A stretch of DNA of 64,000 nt from Eledone cirrhosa. Lineage: Eukaryota. Position numbers and translations under genes: made by a program. A model generated the notes under the pieces. That model was not told the origin of the DNA, made no database searches, and worked only from the letters and a program-made list of their open reading frames with translations. Positions 45,160-58,959 of this stretch are shown here, piece by piece. The stretch lies in contig OZ024741.1 in assembly GCA_964016885.1 (NCBI GenBank), positions 265,794,001 through 265,858,000 of the forward strand, read 5' to 3'. Each line of letters opens with the position of its first letter. The stretch's first letter is position 1.

Positions 45160-45462
45160 AATTTTAGTACAGCATTAACGAAGTTTTAGGTTGCGGCTAA
45201 GCTAACGAATGCAAATTCGGAATGTAGCTTTAGCACTCGATAGGGAATAATACCCCAGAGTCATAACAATACGTTTAGACAGCTTTGCAAATCAAATATA
45301 GCGATCGGCAGTCCAGCCGCATTGCCATAGCAACGAAAATGGTTGGACTCAGGAAAAGATTTTAGACTGACCTTATATATATATATATAATATATACATA
45401 TATATATATGGGGGATGTATATCTGCCTATCTCTACTATGTATGTATGCATATACATGTATG

Positions 45463-45548
<86 letters not shown>

Positions 45549-46038
45549 TATATATACACACAATATATGTATGTATATCAACATAGGATGAAGACGAAAT
45601 AGAAGTAGAGTTTTGCACCCCAAATATGGGGAATGAAAAAACTTCAATCAACTTAAACTATCCCCGCAATTTCTAGACCGGAACACCTTTCGGGAGCGCT
45701 CGAACCTAAAGCAATAGACAAGGATTGCGTATGCCACACTCCAATCAGTAAATGATGAATGTATGTTTGTTCAAGCCCACAACATTATGTGTATCCTACG
45801 AAATCCAATGTAGTATTGTACATATATACCATGAACAGTACGCCTACAATAATGAAAATTGCGAAGGCCAAATGTATATATTCATAATTCATTTTATTCA
45901 TAAATAATGTGACGTTAAAAATTACGTTAAGCAGCTAGAAAGCTACCAACAACACGAGTTCATCAGACAGCAACTTAAGTTGTAAGGTTGTTATGTAACA
46001 TGTCTAAGGTAATGCAGGCGATGGATAAGGGGACGGAC

Positions 46039-46071
<33 letters not shown>

Positions 46072-46261
46072 TGTATGTATGTATGTATGTATGTATGTAT
46101 GTATGTATGTATGTATTTATATATACGTATATATATTTGAAAAAAAGGAAAAGAATGACTTCACTTGTAGTGTTAAATAATTTGATTTAATTTAGTTGTA
46201 TGAAGTCATTCTTTTCCTTTTTTACAAATATACCTAACTGTACCAAGGATCTCACACATTT

Positions 46262-46801
<540 letters not shown>

Positions 46802-46966
46802 ATTTATATATAACGAAGGAAATGTGGTAAGGAACCAGGTGGACCATAACGCACCAAAGTACTCAATACTTGGGGTAGTAAAAATTACTTTCTAGCTGCT
46901 TAACGTAATTTTTAATTTTACGTCGAAACGGCTTGAGCTCAGCCGTCGGGGTCTTACTGGTTCCTA

Positions 46967-47018
<52 letters not shown>

Positions 47019-47021
<3 letters not shown>

Positions 47022-47215
47022 CGAAAGAGGAGTGCTAAGGAACCAGATGTACTATAACGTACCATAGTACTCAATACTTAGGGTATTAGAGTGGGTAATA
47101 GGAATATATTTAACCCCGACAGCAGAGTTCAAGCCGTTTCGACGGCTATTTCTGGACTCAGAAATAGCCGTCGAAACGGCTTGAGCTCTGCCGTCGGGGT
47201 TAAACATTTTCCTAT
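47019..47215 (-). mobile_element. PLE remnant with palindrome centred on HHR stem II (47098-47215)
   Basis: Same family as 20999-21195, in opposite orientation and with a different loop. Confidence 0.75.
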
Positions 47216-47471
47216 ATATATCTCTATATATAAATACAACCTAACATTAATATTTATCTGTCTGTTTGTTTGTTCATCTGTCTGTATGTGTGTGTGTATG
47301 TGTGTGTGTATGTGTCTTTGTGTTGTGTGGGTGTCTACATATAAATATATAGTTTATACCCACAGGTATATATGCACATATACATATTTATAAATACAAA
47401 TGGTTACGCGCTTATTTGTATGCATCATGTCCTGTAGAAGCCATTTCTATATTAAACATGATATATATATG

Positions 47472-47502
<31 letters not shown>

Positions 47503-47517
47503 GGGGGAGAGATGTAA

Positions 47518-47552
<35 letters not shown>

Positions 47553-47644
47553 CACATACATATGCATATATGTTTACATCTCTCTTTCTTTCTCTCTCTA
47601 CACACTCATATATATATATGTATATATGTTTACATCTCTCCTCC

Positions 47645-47679
<35 letters not shown>

Positions 47680-47716
47680 CACACATACATATGCATATAT
47701 GTTTACATCTCTCCCC

Positions 47717-47763
<47 letters not shown>

Positions 47764-47808
47764 ATATGCATATATGTTTACATCTCTCTTTCTTTCACTC
47801 TCTACATA

Positions 47809-47889
<81 letters not shown>

Positions 47890-47910
47890 GTTTACATATC
47901 TCCCCCTCCC

Positions 47911-47959
<49 letters not shown>

Positions 47960-48148
47960 ATATATATATATATATATATATTCATACATTAATACTACAG
48001 GTCAATTGTTAAACACACATTACCAGTTTATTGATGTTAACCGGTTTTCTCTACTACATATATTCCTTATATTCCTTGACTATTTACATAAAACATTGCC
48101 AATTATACAAATACATAAATACATAAGGCATATGAAAATATAGACTCA

Positions 48149-48211
<63 letters not shown>

Positions 48212-48213
<2 letters not shown>

Positions 48214-48771
48214 GCTGTCGCGTATGGGACAAATACAGTTGACTGCCGAGTCCATAGTAAGGATCAAACCGCCAGACTCTTTCAAAAACGAAAGAGAGGC
48301 GGTTTTCCTCTGTACGGTGGCTATGGTGAAAGAAGTTATATGGTGGACGAGGTTGAGAGGACTGAGGACAGATGCCTTTCTCTCCGGACAACAATTGATT
48401 CCCTTCTTTAAGTATCACTTTATAAGGAGAATCAGGGTGGAGAGAGAGGCACTGCACCCCAGTAAATTTACTGAAAGGTGGGTGAATGAAGCGAAAATGG
48501 CCCGAGTGATTGGGCCTTCTCTGTTTATAAGCCTGTAGGTTGAGGAAGAGAGCAAAAGGAAGAAAGGAGCACTTGCACAACACGCTCCTTGAGTTGAGGG
48601 TTGTTCTATCGACGGGGTATTAAACAACCCATTTGTGGCGCCTCCTCCCTATTGGGGATTTCGATTGTTGAAATTGTTTGTTTTTATATTTTTTACACGA
48701 CTGTATGTAAAATCCCCGGCATGTCTTTGTATTGTCCCCTTTCTTGTTGCGCCCTTGTGGCTAATAAAGAA

Positions 48772-48803
<32 letters not shown>

Positions 48804-49930
48804 GTTTATCTATCTATCTGACCACCGAGTCCATTGTCATGATCAAACCGCCACCCTCCTTCAAAAACGAAGGAGAGGCGGTTTTCCTTTGTGTGATAGC
48901 TATGGCGAAAGACGTTGTATGGTGGACAAGGTTGAAAGGGCTGAGGTCAGACACCTTTCTCTCCGGCCAACAACTGATTCTTTTTTTCAAATACCACTTT
49001 GGAAGAAGAATCAGGATGGAGAGAGAGGTGCTGTACCGCAGCAAGTTTTATGAAAGGTGGGTGAAAGTGGCGAGAATGGCCCGAGTGAATGGGCCTTCTC
49101 TCTATATCAGCCTGTAGATTGAGGAAAAGGAGGAGGAGAGGAAAGGAGTACAAGCTCTTCGTACTCCTGGAGATGAGGGTTGCACATTTTTTCGGGGGTA
49201 TGTGTTACCCATATAAACTGTCTCCCTCTATTGGGGAAAATCGACTAACTTTTAAATTCCATCTGTGATAACATTTTACACGTTTTTATTGTATGTAAAC
49301 TTCCCCCTTTGTATTTGTCCCCTTCTTTTGTGCCCCTGTGGCTAATAAAGAAATATATCTATCTATCTATCTGCTGTCGCGTATGGGACAAATACAGTTG
49401 ACTGCCGAGTCCATAGTAAGGATCAAACCGCCAGACTCTTTCAAAAACGAAAGAGAGGCGGTTTTCCTCTGTACGGTGGCTATGGTGAAAGAAGTTATAT
49501 GGTGGACGAGGTTGAGAGGACTGAGGACAGATGCCTTTCTCTCCGGACAACAATTGATTCCCTTCTTTAAGTATCACTTTATAAGGAGAATCAGGGTGGA
49601 GAGAGAGGCACTGCACCCCAGTAAATTTACTGAAAGGTGGGTGAATGAAGCGAAAATGGCCCGAGTGATTGGGCCTTCTCTGTTTATAAGCCTGTAGGTT
49701 GAGGAAGAGAGCAAAAGGAAGAAAGGAGCACTTGCACAACACGCTCCTTGAGTTGAGGGTTGTTCTATCGACGGGGTATTAAACAACCCATTTGTGGCGC
49801 CTCCTCCCTATTGGGGATTTCGATTGTTGAAATTGTTTGTTTTTATATTTTTTACACGACTGTATGTAAAATCCCCGGCATGTCTTTGTATTGTCCCCTT
49901 TCTTGTTGCGCCCTTGTGGCTAATAAAGAA

Positions 49931-49962
<32 letters not shown>

Positions 49963-50531
49963 GTTTATCTATCTATCTGACCACCGAGTCCATTGTCATG
50001 ATCAAACCGCCACCCTCCTTCAAAAACGAAGGAGAGGCGGTTTTCCTTTGTGTGATAGCTATGGCGAAAGACGTTGTATGGTGGACAAGGTTGAAAGGGC
50101 TGAAGTCAGACACCTTTCTCTCCGGCCAACAACTGATTCTTTTTTTCAAATACCACTTTGGAAGAAGAATCAGGATGGAGAGATAGGTGCTGTACCCCAG
50201 CAAGTTTTATGAAAGGTGGGTGAAAGTGGCGAGAATGGCCCGAGTGAATGGGCCTTCTCTCTATATCAGCCTGTAGGTTGAGGAAAAGGAGGAGGAGAGG
50301 AAAGGAGTACAAACTCTTCGTATTCCTGGAGATGAGGGTTGCACATTTTTTCGGGGGTATGTGTTACCCTTATGAACTGTCTCCCCCTATTGGGGAAAAT
50401 CGACTAATTTTTTAAATTGCATTTGTGATAATATTTTACGTTTTTATTGTATGTAAACTTCCCCCTTTGTATTTTTCCCTTTCTTTTGTGCCCCTGTGGC
50501 TAATAAAGAAACATATCTATGTATCTATCTG

Positions 50532-50575
<44 letters not shown>

Positions 50576-51132
50576 CTTACCGAGTCTATTGTAATGATCA
50601 AACCGTCTACCCTCTTCAAAATCGAAGGAGAGGCGGTGTTTCTGTGCGTAATAGCCATGGCGAAAGAGGTTGTATGGTGGACGCGTCTGAAAGGACTGAG
50701 GTCAGACACCTTTCTCTCTGGCCAACAACTGGTTCGTTTCTTCCGATATCATTTCGGAAGAAGGATCAGGATGGAGAGAGAGGTGCTGCACCCCAGCCGT
50801 TTTTATGAAAGATGGGTGAAAGTGGCGAGAATGGCCCGTGTGAATGGGCCTTCACTCTACATCAGACTGTAGGTGAGAAAGATGAAAGATCAAGGGAGAA
50901 CCCTCTCTCTGTGCTCCCGAGGAGAAGGGTTGCACACTTTTTCGGGGGTGTGTGCGACTCCCCAAGGCGCCTCCTCCCTATTGAGGATTTTGTTATTCAA
51001 TTTATTTTTGTTATATTTTATATCTTATATTTTTATATTTTGTTATTGCCTCCTCCTTATTGAGCACGCCTTATGTAAACTCCCCCCATTGTACTTGTCC
51101 CACTCTTTGACGCCCTGGTGGCAAATAAAAAG

Positions 51133-51195
<63 letters not shown>

Positions 51196-51522
51196 AAGCG
51201 CGTGTGCAACCCCCATCACGTCCCCTCCCTTTTGAGGTTGTTTTCGATTATTTTCATTTTATACCCTTTTTACTCGATTTTATGTAAACTCCCCCTTTGT
51301 ATTTGTCCCTTCTTTTTATGCCTTTATGGTAAATAAAGAAATATATCTATCTATCTAAGGCGCCTCTTCCTCTCCTCCTCCCTTCTCCTCCCTATTGGGG
51401 ATTTTGTTATTAAATTTATTTTTGTTATATTTTATATTTTATTTTTTATATCTTCTTATTGCCTCCTCCTTAGTGAGGACGCCTTTTTATGTAAACTCTC
51501 CCCATTGTACTTGACCCACTTT

Positions 51523-51587
<65 letters not shown>

Positions 51588-52688
51588 CCGGTTCGTGACA
51601 AGATCTACAGGCACGGACGCCCTGGCAGGGATCCTTCCAAGAGGACGTGTCCAAGATGTGCGCAGGTCATTGAAACAGTTCTGCACGCAATTGTACACTG
51701 CCCGGGCGTAAGCGACCTGTGGAACTATGCAGAACAACTGCTGTCGCGTATGGGACAAATACAGTTGACTGCCGAGTCCATAGTAAGGATCAAACCGCCA
51801 GACTCTTTCAAAAACGAAAGAGAGGCGGTTTTCCTCTGTACGGTGGCTATGGTGAAAGAAGTTATATGGTGGACGAGGTTGAGAGGACTGAGGACAGATG
51901 CCTTTCTCTCCGGACAACAATTGATTCCATTCTTTAAGTATCACTTTAGAAGGAGTGATTGGGCCTTCTCTGTTTATAAGCCTGTAGGTTGAGGAAGAGA
52001 GCAAAAGGAAGAAAGGAGCACTTGCACAACACGCCCCTTGAGTTGAGGGTTGTTCTATCGACGGGGTATTAAACAACCCATTTGTGGCGCCTCCCCCCTA
52101 TTGGGGATTTCGATTGTTGAAATTGTTTGTTTTTATATTTTTTACACGACTGTATGTAAAATCCCCGGCATGTCTTTGTATTGTCCCCTTTCTTGTTGCG
52201 CTCTTGTGGCTAATAAAGAAATCTAACTAACTATAGTAGCTATGGTGAAAGAAGTTATATGGTGGACGAGATTGAGAGGACTGAGGACAGATGCCTTTCT
52301 CTCCGGACAACAATTGATTCCCGTCTTTAAGTATCACTTTAGAAGGAGAATCAGAGTGGAGAGAGAGGCACTGCACCCCAGTAAATTTACTGAAAGGTGG
52401 GTGAATGTGGCAAAAATGGCCCGAGTGATTGGGCCTTCTCTGTTTATAAGCCTGTAGGTTGAAGAAGAAAGCAAAAGGAGGAAAGGAGCACTTGCACAAC
52501 ACGCTCCTGAAGTTGAGGGTTGTTCTATCGACGGGGTATTAAACAACCCATTTGTGGCGCCTCCTCCCTATTGGGGATTTCGATTGTTATAATTGTTTCA
52601 ATATTTTTACACGACTGTATGTAAAATCCCCGGCATGTGTCTTTGTTTTGTCCCCTTTTCTTGTACGCCCTTGTGGCAAATAAAGAAA
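48212..52688 (+). mobile_element. Array of nine co-oriented 5'-truncated Tx1/L1-like retrotransposon ends in (TCTA)n
   Basis: Copies at ~48212-48772, 48818-49353, 49371-49931, 49977-50511, 50575-51132, 51196-51341, 51357-51525, 51585-52221 and 52233-52688. ORF2 end reads AMVKEVIWWTR...RRIRVERE..FTERW. Most copies end AATAAA(GAAA)-(TCTA)n. Confidence 0.9.
51585..51950 (+). pseudogene. Tx1/L1 ORF2 zinc-knuckle (zf-RVT) and C-terminus
   Basis: LPVRDKIYRHG...TCPRCAQVIETVLHAIVHCPGVSDLW, a CCHC motif. Confidence 0.88.
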
Positions 52689-52922
52689 TATATCTATCTC
52701 TCTCTATATATGTGTGTTTGAGTGTCCCGGGTTCAATCGGGGGTTACCACTGTTAGTAAGGTATTCAATACATCAGTAGAGTCTAAACATCATGTTTAAT
52801 AGAGACATGGCTTCTACAGGTCTTTCCTGATGATTTCTTTTGAATGAAACTGTTCTAGTCCTGTAGAAGCCATTTGTATATATATATATATAAATATATA
52901 TATACACATATCTCTCTGTCTA

Positions 52923-52998
<76 letters not shown>

Positions 52999-53321
52999 TC
53001 TCTCTCTCTCTCCCTCTCTCTTCCCCACTCTCTCTATATATATCTACATATGTATATATTATGTATGTATGTATGCATATATGCATGTATGTATGTGTAT
53101 ATGCATGTATGTGTGCATATACCTTTAAGTATATTTCTACATATACACGTATAGTGTGTAAGTGCTATTGAGATCAATACAATCTGTCAAAATATGATTA
53201 TTATGATTGTTATCAGTCTTTTAAATGCGAATATTTCAGCTTATCTAACCCTTTCTCAATTCCACTTACACACACACATTATCAAATATATATTTTAAAA
53301 TATTTATATATACTTTCATAT

Positions 53322-53425
<104 letters not shown>

Positions 53426-53479
53426 ACATATATATGTATATATATGTATATATATAATCTATATATATATATATATATA

Positions 53480-54433
53480 CTAGCAGCAGTACCCAGCGTT
53501 GCCTGGGTAGGTAAAATAATATCTGCTTTGATGAAAAGGTGTTGATCTTAGCGACTGCTTCCCGATGACTCATCTATGGCCACACACAGGCCATGCGGGG
53601 GAGGGTGGTGATGACCTCTATCACTGAGAAACGCGGGTGACTGACGAAGGGGCATGCTGGAGGAGGGAGGTAATGACCTCTCACACTAAGCCAAATTTCT
53701 TCACGCGACTTGATTGGAAACCGATAAATTCTCAAATACACAACTAAAAGCTCAGACGATGTCAGTGGCCATCGTTTTGCCTTTGACCATCTATAAGATG
53801 TACAATGATAGGTTCTATCGTAGTATAAAAGTTGAACCAAATAAATTGATTTATGTGTGAGGTGGAGCCGAAGTTTCGAATTTGAACGAAATCAGTTGAA
53901 AAATGTGGGAGCTAGAGCCGAAAAGGCGGAAATTTGAGCGAAAAGGTGGTATTTTCGAATATTGAAGCGGCTGCCATCCCGTTCCAGAAGAAAAAATCCA
54001 AAACATAAACCCACTTTAAGGCGTGAAATAATCAGATCTAGCGTATGAACAAAGTAGGTTGATTAATGTGGGAGCTAGAGACGAAAAAGTGGAAATTTGA
54101 GTCTAAAAGTGGTATTTTTGCATATTTAAGCGGCTGCCACGCCGTCCCTGAACAACTAATGCAAAACATAAAGCCATTTTTGCTTTAAAATTTGAACGAA
54201 ATCGGTGGCAAAATGTGGGAGCTAGAGCCAAAAATCTTATTTTTTGATACTAAAAAAAAGTGACGCCTCCCTATCAATTTATATCTGCAGAATGACCCCA
54301 GAAAAAAAGAAACGATACGCTGATATATAGAAAACACTCACCGATGACTAATCTATGAGCCTGTAAAGTTTCATGAAAATCAGTCGTAAGATGTAGGCCC
54401 CTATAGGTATTACACAGACACACATACTTAATT

Positions 54434-54445
<12 letters not shown>
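53480..54445 (-). mobile_element. Non-autonomous Helitron-like element
   Basis: The minus strand ends with hairpin tacccag[gcaacg]ctgggta followed by ctgctgCTAG-t. Internal repeats atgtgggagctagag occur three times. A similar end lies at 62403-62433. Confidence 0.7.
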
Positions 54446-54478
<33 letters not shown>

Positions 54479-55073
54479 AACATGAGAAGAAAGAAGAAGA
54501 ATACTGCGTGGTTGCACATGGGTTACATATGATAAAATAGTCCTTTGTCAGTGATTTTCCAACCATCATTGGTATTTCATCGCATTAAAAATCATATAGC
54601 TCAGGTTGGTGCGAGCAATAACTAAAAAAATTATTGGGACCAGTAAATCGCGTAAAGCGAGGGGGACAAGTAAACAACATAGAAGGATAAAAGCAAAGCA
54701 AAGATAGGAAAAAAACAAGCAACATGGTTGTCCGGTCAGCATAAGGTGGGTGGATTTCATGAGCGAAAGGACAGACCGTCCGACGTGAGTGAGATGTAAG
54801 CAAGAAGAGACCCACTGTAAGCCAAACGGGAGGAAGTGAGAAGGGGAGAAACAGAGAGTGAGTGAGTGGAAGTGCGAGGAAGCGGTCAGTCGAGAGAAAG
54901 TGTAACTGACAGAGGGGGCGAAAGAAGGTGAGAGAAACAGAGAGAACGGGGAAGCAGTAAGAGAGAAACAGACAAACGCAGCCGAGGTAAATATATATAA
55001 AAAACATGATAAGAAAGAAGATACTGCGTGGATATATATATATATGTGTTATATATATATATATATATATGTG

Positions 55074-55374
<301 letters not shown>

Positions 55375-55399
55375 CTTTCATACATAAATACATACCTAC

Positions 55400-55437
<38 letters not shown>

Positions 55438-55442
55438 ATAGC

Positions 55443-55660
55443 GAAGGCGTGTGGCTGAGTGGTTAGAGAATTGGATTCACAATGTTGAGGTTGTGAGTTC
55501 GATTCTTGGACCGGGTGATGCGTTATGTCCTTGAGCAAAACACTTTATTTCCCGTTGCTCCTTCAACCTGGAGTTGCGACCGGTAGAGAGTATTAGCAAC
55601 TGGAAAGATCGACGAAAACAATTTTTTCCGCGGTCCGATTTGACGAAAGTCGATCGAAAA
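55443..55660. mobile_element. SINE-B head / pLTR-like chimera, second copy
   Basis: Same junction gttgc(t/c)ccttc(a/t)acctg(g/t)agttgcga as at 18660-18686. Confidence 0.65.
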
Positions 55661-55782
55661 AAAGAATGAAAAGATATATGTATATATATATATATATATA
55701 TACTCTTTTACCTGTTTCAGCCATCCGGCTGAGGCCATGTATATATATATATATATATATATATATGTCTGTGTGTGTGTGT

Positions 55783-55821
<39 letters not shown>

Positions 55822-56067
55822 TGTATATATATATATATATATATATTCAAAAGCAAAAGAGCAAACCTTGTTCAATAATAAAAAATAAAAAAGTGGAAAC
55901 AAAAGGAAAGAAAGAAAGGAAGAAGAAAAAGGGAGGGGACGTCAAGAGCTTTGGTGTCGCAGAAGAGAGGGGGTGAGGGGTGAGGGTGATTGGGCTTTGG
56001 GCCTAGGTTTCAAAATATTTATCAGTTTTACATATTTGATATGTGTCTATATCTATATAATAAAACT

Positions 56068-56756
56068 AAGGTGACCAATAGGTAGGGTCGTTAGAATCTC
56101 GAATAGAATGGCGACCAATAGGTAGGGTCGTTAGAATCTCGAATAGAATAGAATGGCGACCAATAGGTAGGGTCGTTAGAATCTCAGATAGAATGGCGAC
56201 CAATAGGTAGGGTCGTTAGAACGTCAGATAGAATGGCGACCAATAGGTAGGGTCGTTAGAATGTCAGATAGAATGGCAACCAATAGGTAGGGTCGTTAGA
56301 ACGTCAGATAGAATGGCGACCAATAGGTAGGGTCGTTAGAATGTCAGATAGAATGGCGACCAATAGGTAGGGTCGTTAGAATGTCAGATAGAATGGCGAC
56401 CAATAGGTAGGGTCGTTAGAACGTCAGATAGAATGGCGACCAATAGGTAGGGTCGTTAGAACGTCAGATAGAATGGCAACCAATAGGTAGGGTCGTTAGA
56501 ACGTCAGATAGAATGGCGACCAATAGGTAGGGTCGTTAGAACGTCAGATAGAATGGCGACCAATAGGTAGGGTCGTTAGAATGTCAGATAGAATGGCAAC
56601 CAATAGGTAGGGTCGTTAGAACGTCAGATAGAATGGCAACCAATAGGTAGGGTCGTTAGAATGTCAGATAGAATGGCAACCAATAGGTAGGGTCGTTAGA
56701 ACGTCAGATAGAATGGCAACCAATAGGTAGGGTCATTAGAACGTCCGATAGAATGC
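56068..56756 (+). repeat. 40-bp minisatellite (17 copies) derived from the SINE-A head
   Basis: gaatggcgaccaataggtagggtcgttagaacgtcagata. The last unit runs on into atgctttgtgatat, as in the SINE body. Confidence 0.9.
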
Positions 56757-56789
56757 TTTGTGATATTTGTTCCGGCTCTCTACTCCCCG

Positions 56790-57115
56790 AGCTCAACTTT
56801 ACCTTTCATCCTTTCCAGCTCAACTTTACCTTCCACCCTTTCCAGCTCAACTTTACCTTCCACCCTTTCCAGCTCAACTTTACCTTCCAACCTTTCCAGC
56901 TCAACTTTACCTTCCAACCTTTCCAGCTCAACTTTACCTTCCACTCTTTCCAGCTCAACTTACCCTTCCAACCTTTCCAGCTCAACTTTACCTTTCATCC
57001 TTCCCAGCTCAACTTTACCTTTCACTCTCTCGAGCTCAATTTTACCTTTCATTCTTCCGCGCTCAACTTTACCTTCCATCCTTCCCAGCTCACTTTACAT
57101 TTCATCCTTTCGAGA
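56790..57115 (+). repeat. 27-bp minisatellite (~12 copies) derived from the SINE-A central domain
   Basis: ctcaactttacctttcatcctttccag versus SINE ttaactttgcctttcatcctt. It ends in tttcgagatcaataaaa. Confidence 0.9.
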
Positions 57116-57499
57116 TCAATAAAAAAAATTATCACTCTAGTACTGATGTCGATTTCTCCTCTATATCCTTTCCCCATTTCCTCTCTCTCATCTTCTATCC
57201 TTCTCTGGAACAAATCTTCTGTATTCAGACCTGGAGAGGGAAGGGGTCGGTTAGACTTAAAATACCCAGAATATGCCACCATGGCACCATTATGCCTAGA
57301 TCAGAACTTACGGGACCATACCATACTAAAAATATATAAATTTAAATACACATTTACACAGTCTTGATTACTTCTAACACAAAACGCCAGCCCCAACAGT
57401 TTTGCAAGAGATGTCAACATGACCTGTTATTTTTATCCAAAGACATTTTTTCAAAATCCAACCCGCCCGTCCTCTCAATCTATTTTATTTCTCATTCTT

Positions 57500-57535
57500 T
57501 CTTCTGATGAAGGACTAACGTCCGAAACGTTAAGA
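57500..57535 (+). ncRNA. Minimal type-I hammerhead, intact core
   Basis: tctt-CTGATGA-a-ggac[taac]gtcc-GAAAC-GTT-aaga. Confidence 0.8.
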
Positions 57536-57812
57536 CCCTCTTCCTGCTATATCAAGCATTAACCTAATATATCCCTTCCATATACTGTACCGATTGTGTT
57601 GTTATTTCTGTTTACCTTTTACATAACTTACATATATATATATATATATACATATAGGGTTTTCCTGATGATTTCCTTCGAATGAAACAGGTTTAGTCCT
57701 GTAGAAGACATTTCTATATTAAATATTTATACTCTGCATTGTATTGAGTACTTTACATAATGTGGTTACCCCCGATTGAACCCGGAATACACAAACACAC
57801 ACACACATATAC

Positions 57813-57868
<56 letters not shown>

Positions 57869-58047
57869 TCATCTCTCCCAAATGGCTGACTAAATACACA
57901 CATGTGTTTTTCCTTTTCTTTCCTCTTCTCACTCTATCTTTCTATTTCATCTTTTATTCCTCATTCTATCTTCTGATTAACGACTAGCGCGAAGACTCTT
58001 TTCCTATTATTTCAAGCGTTAAACTAATATATTTCTTCATTGTACTG

Positions 58048-58127
<80 letters not shown>

Positions 58128-58356
58128 ATATATATGTGTGTGTATGTGCGTGCGTGCGTGTGTGTGTGTGCGTGTGTGAGTATAGTTGATTGTCAGTGTA
58201 GGATTTTTTCACCGCAATCAACAAATTTGGTGTAATCAGACAAAAGCATTCCACATCAGTTGTACCTATCTAAGTAAGAACTGGTATCATATAGACCAGT
58301 ATCCAACGAAAAATTGGTATGTTAGTAAATACTAAGAAACTGTTTTACATTTCCAT

Positions 58357-58390
<34 letters not shown>

Positions 58391-58396
58391 TACACA

Positions 58397-58500
<104 letters not shown>

Positions 58501-58829
58501 AACGGAAAAAATGAAACGAAATTTCATTTCCCACTCTTAGTACGACTGTTACTTAAATATAAGTATGTACACGCACATACATATATGTATACAGACGCAC
58601 AGTAGTATGTATATATATATACATACATGCACACATATATATATATATATGCACGTATGGATTCACCGAACATTTATTATAATGCTCGGTTTGTTTGCAA
58701 ACAAACATCCCGTATTAAGCCGTAGTGTCCAGCAACCATCGCCGCTCGTTTGTTCAACACTGAACATATATATATATATATACATATATATAGATATATA
58801 TATAGTTATAGATATATAGATATATATAT

Positions 58830-58894
<65 letters not shown>

Positions 58895-58959
58895 GAGATT
58901 GTGAAATTCATAGTATCCTTCACATATCGTCAATATGTTAGTATTGAAATATAGACACG

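Noticed and set aside
56068-56756. CRISPR-like regular array (also 10667-11660 and 34785-35653)
   Set aside because: Head-to-tail units with no unique spacers, no cas genes, and a eukaryotic context.
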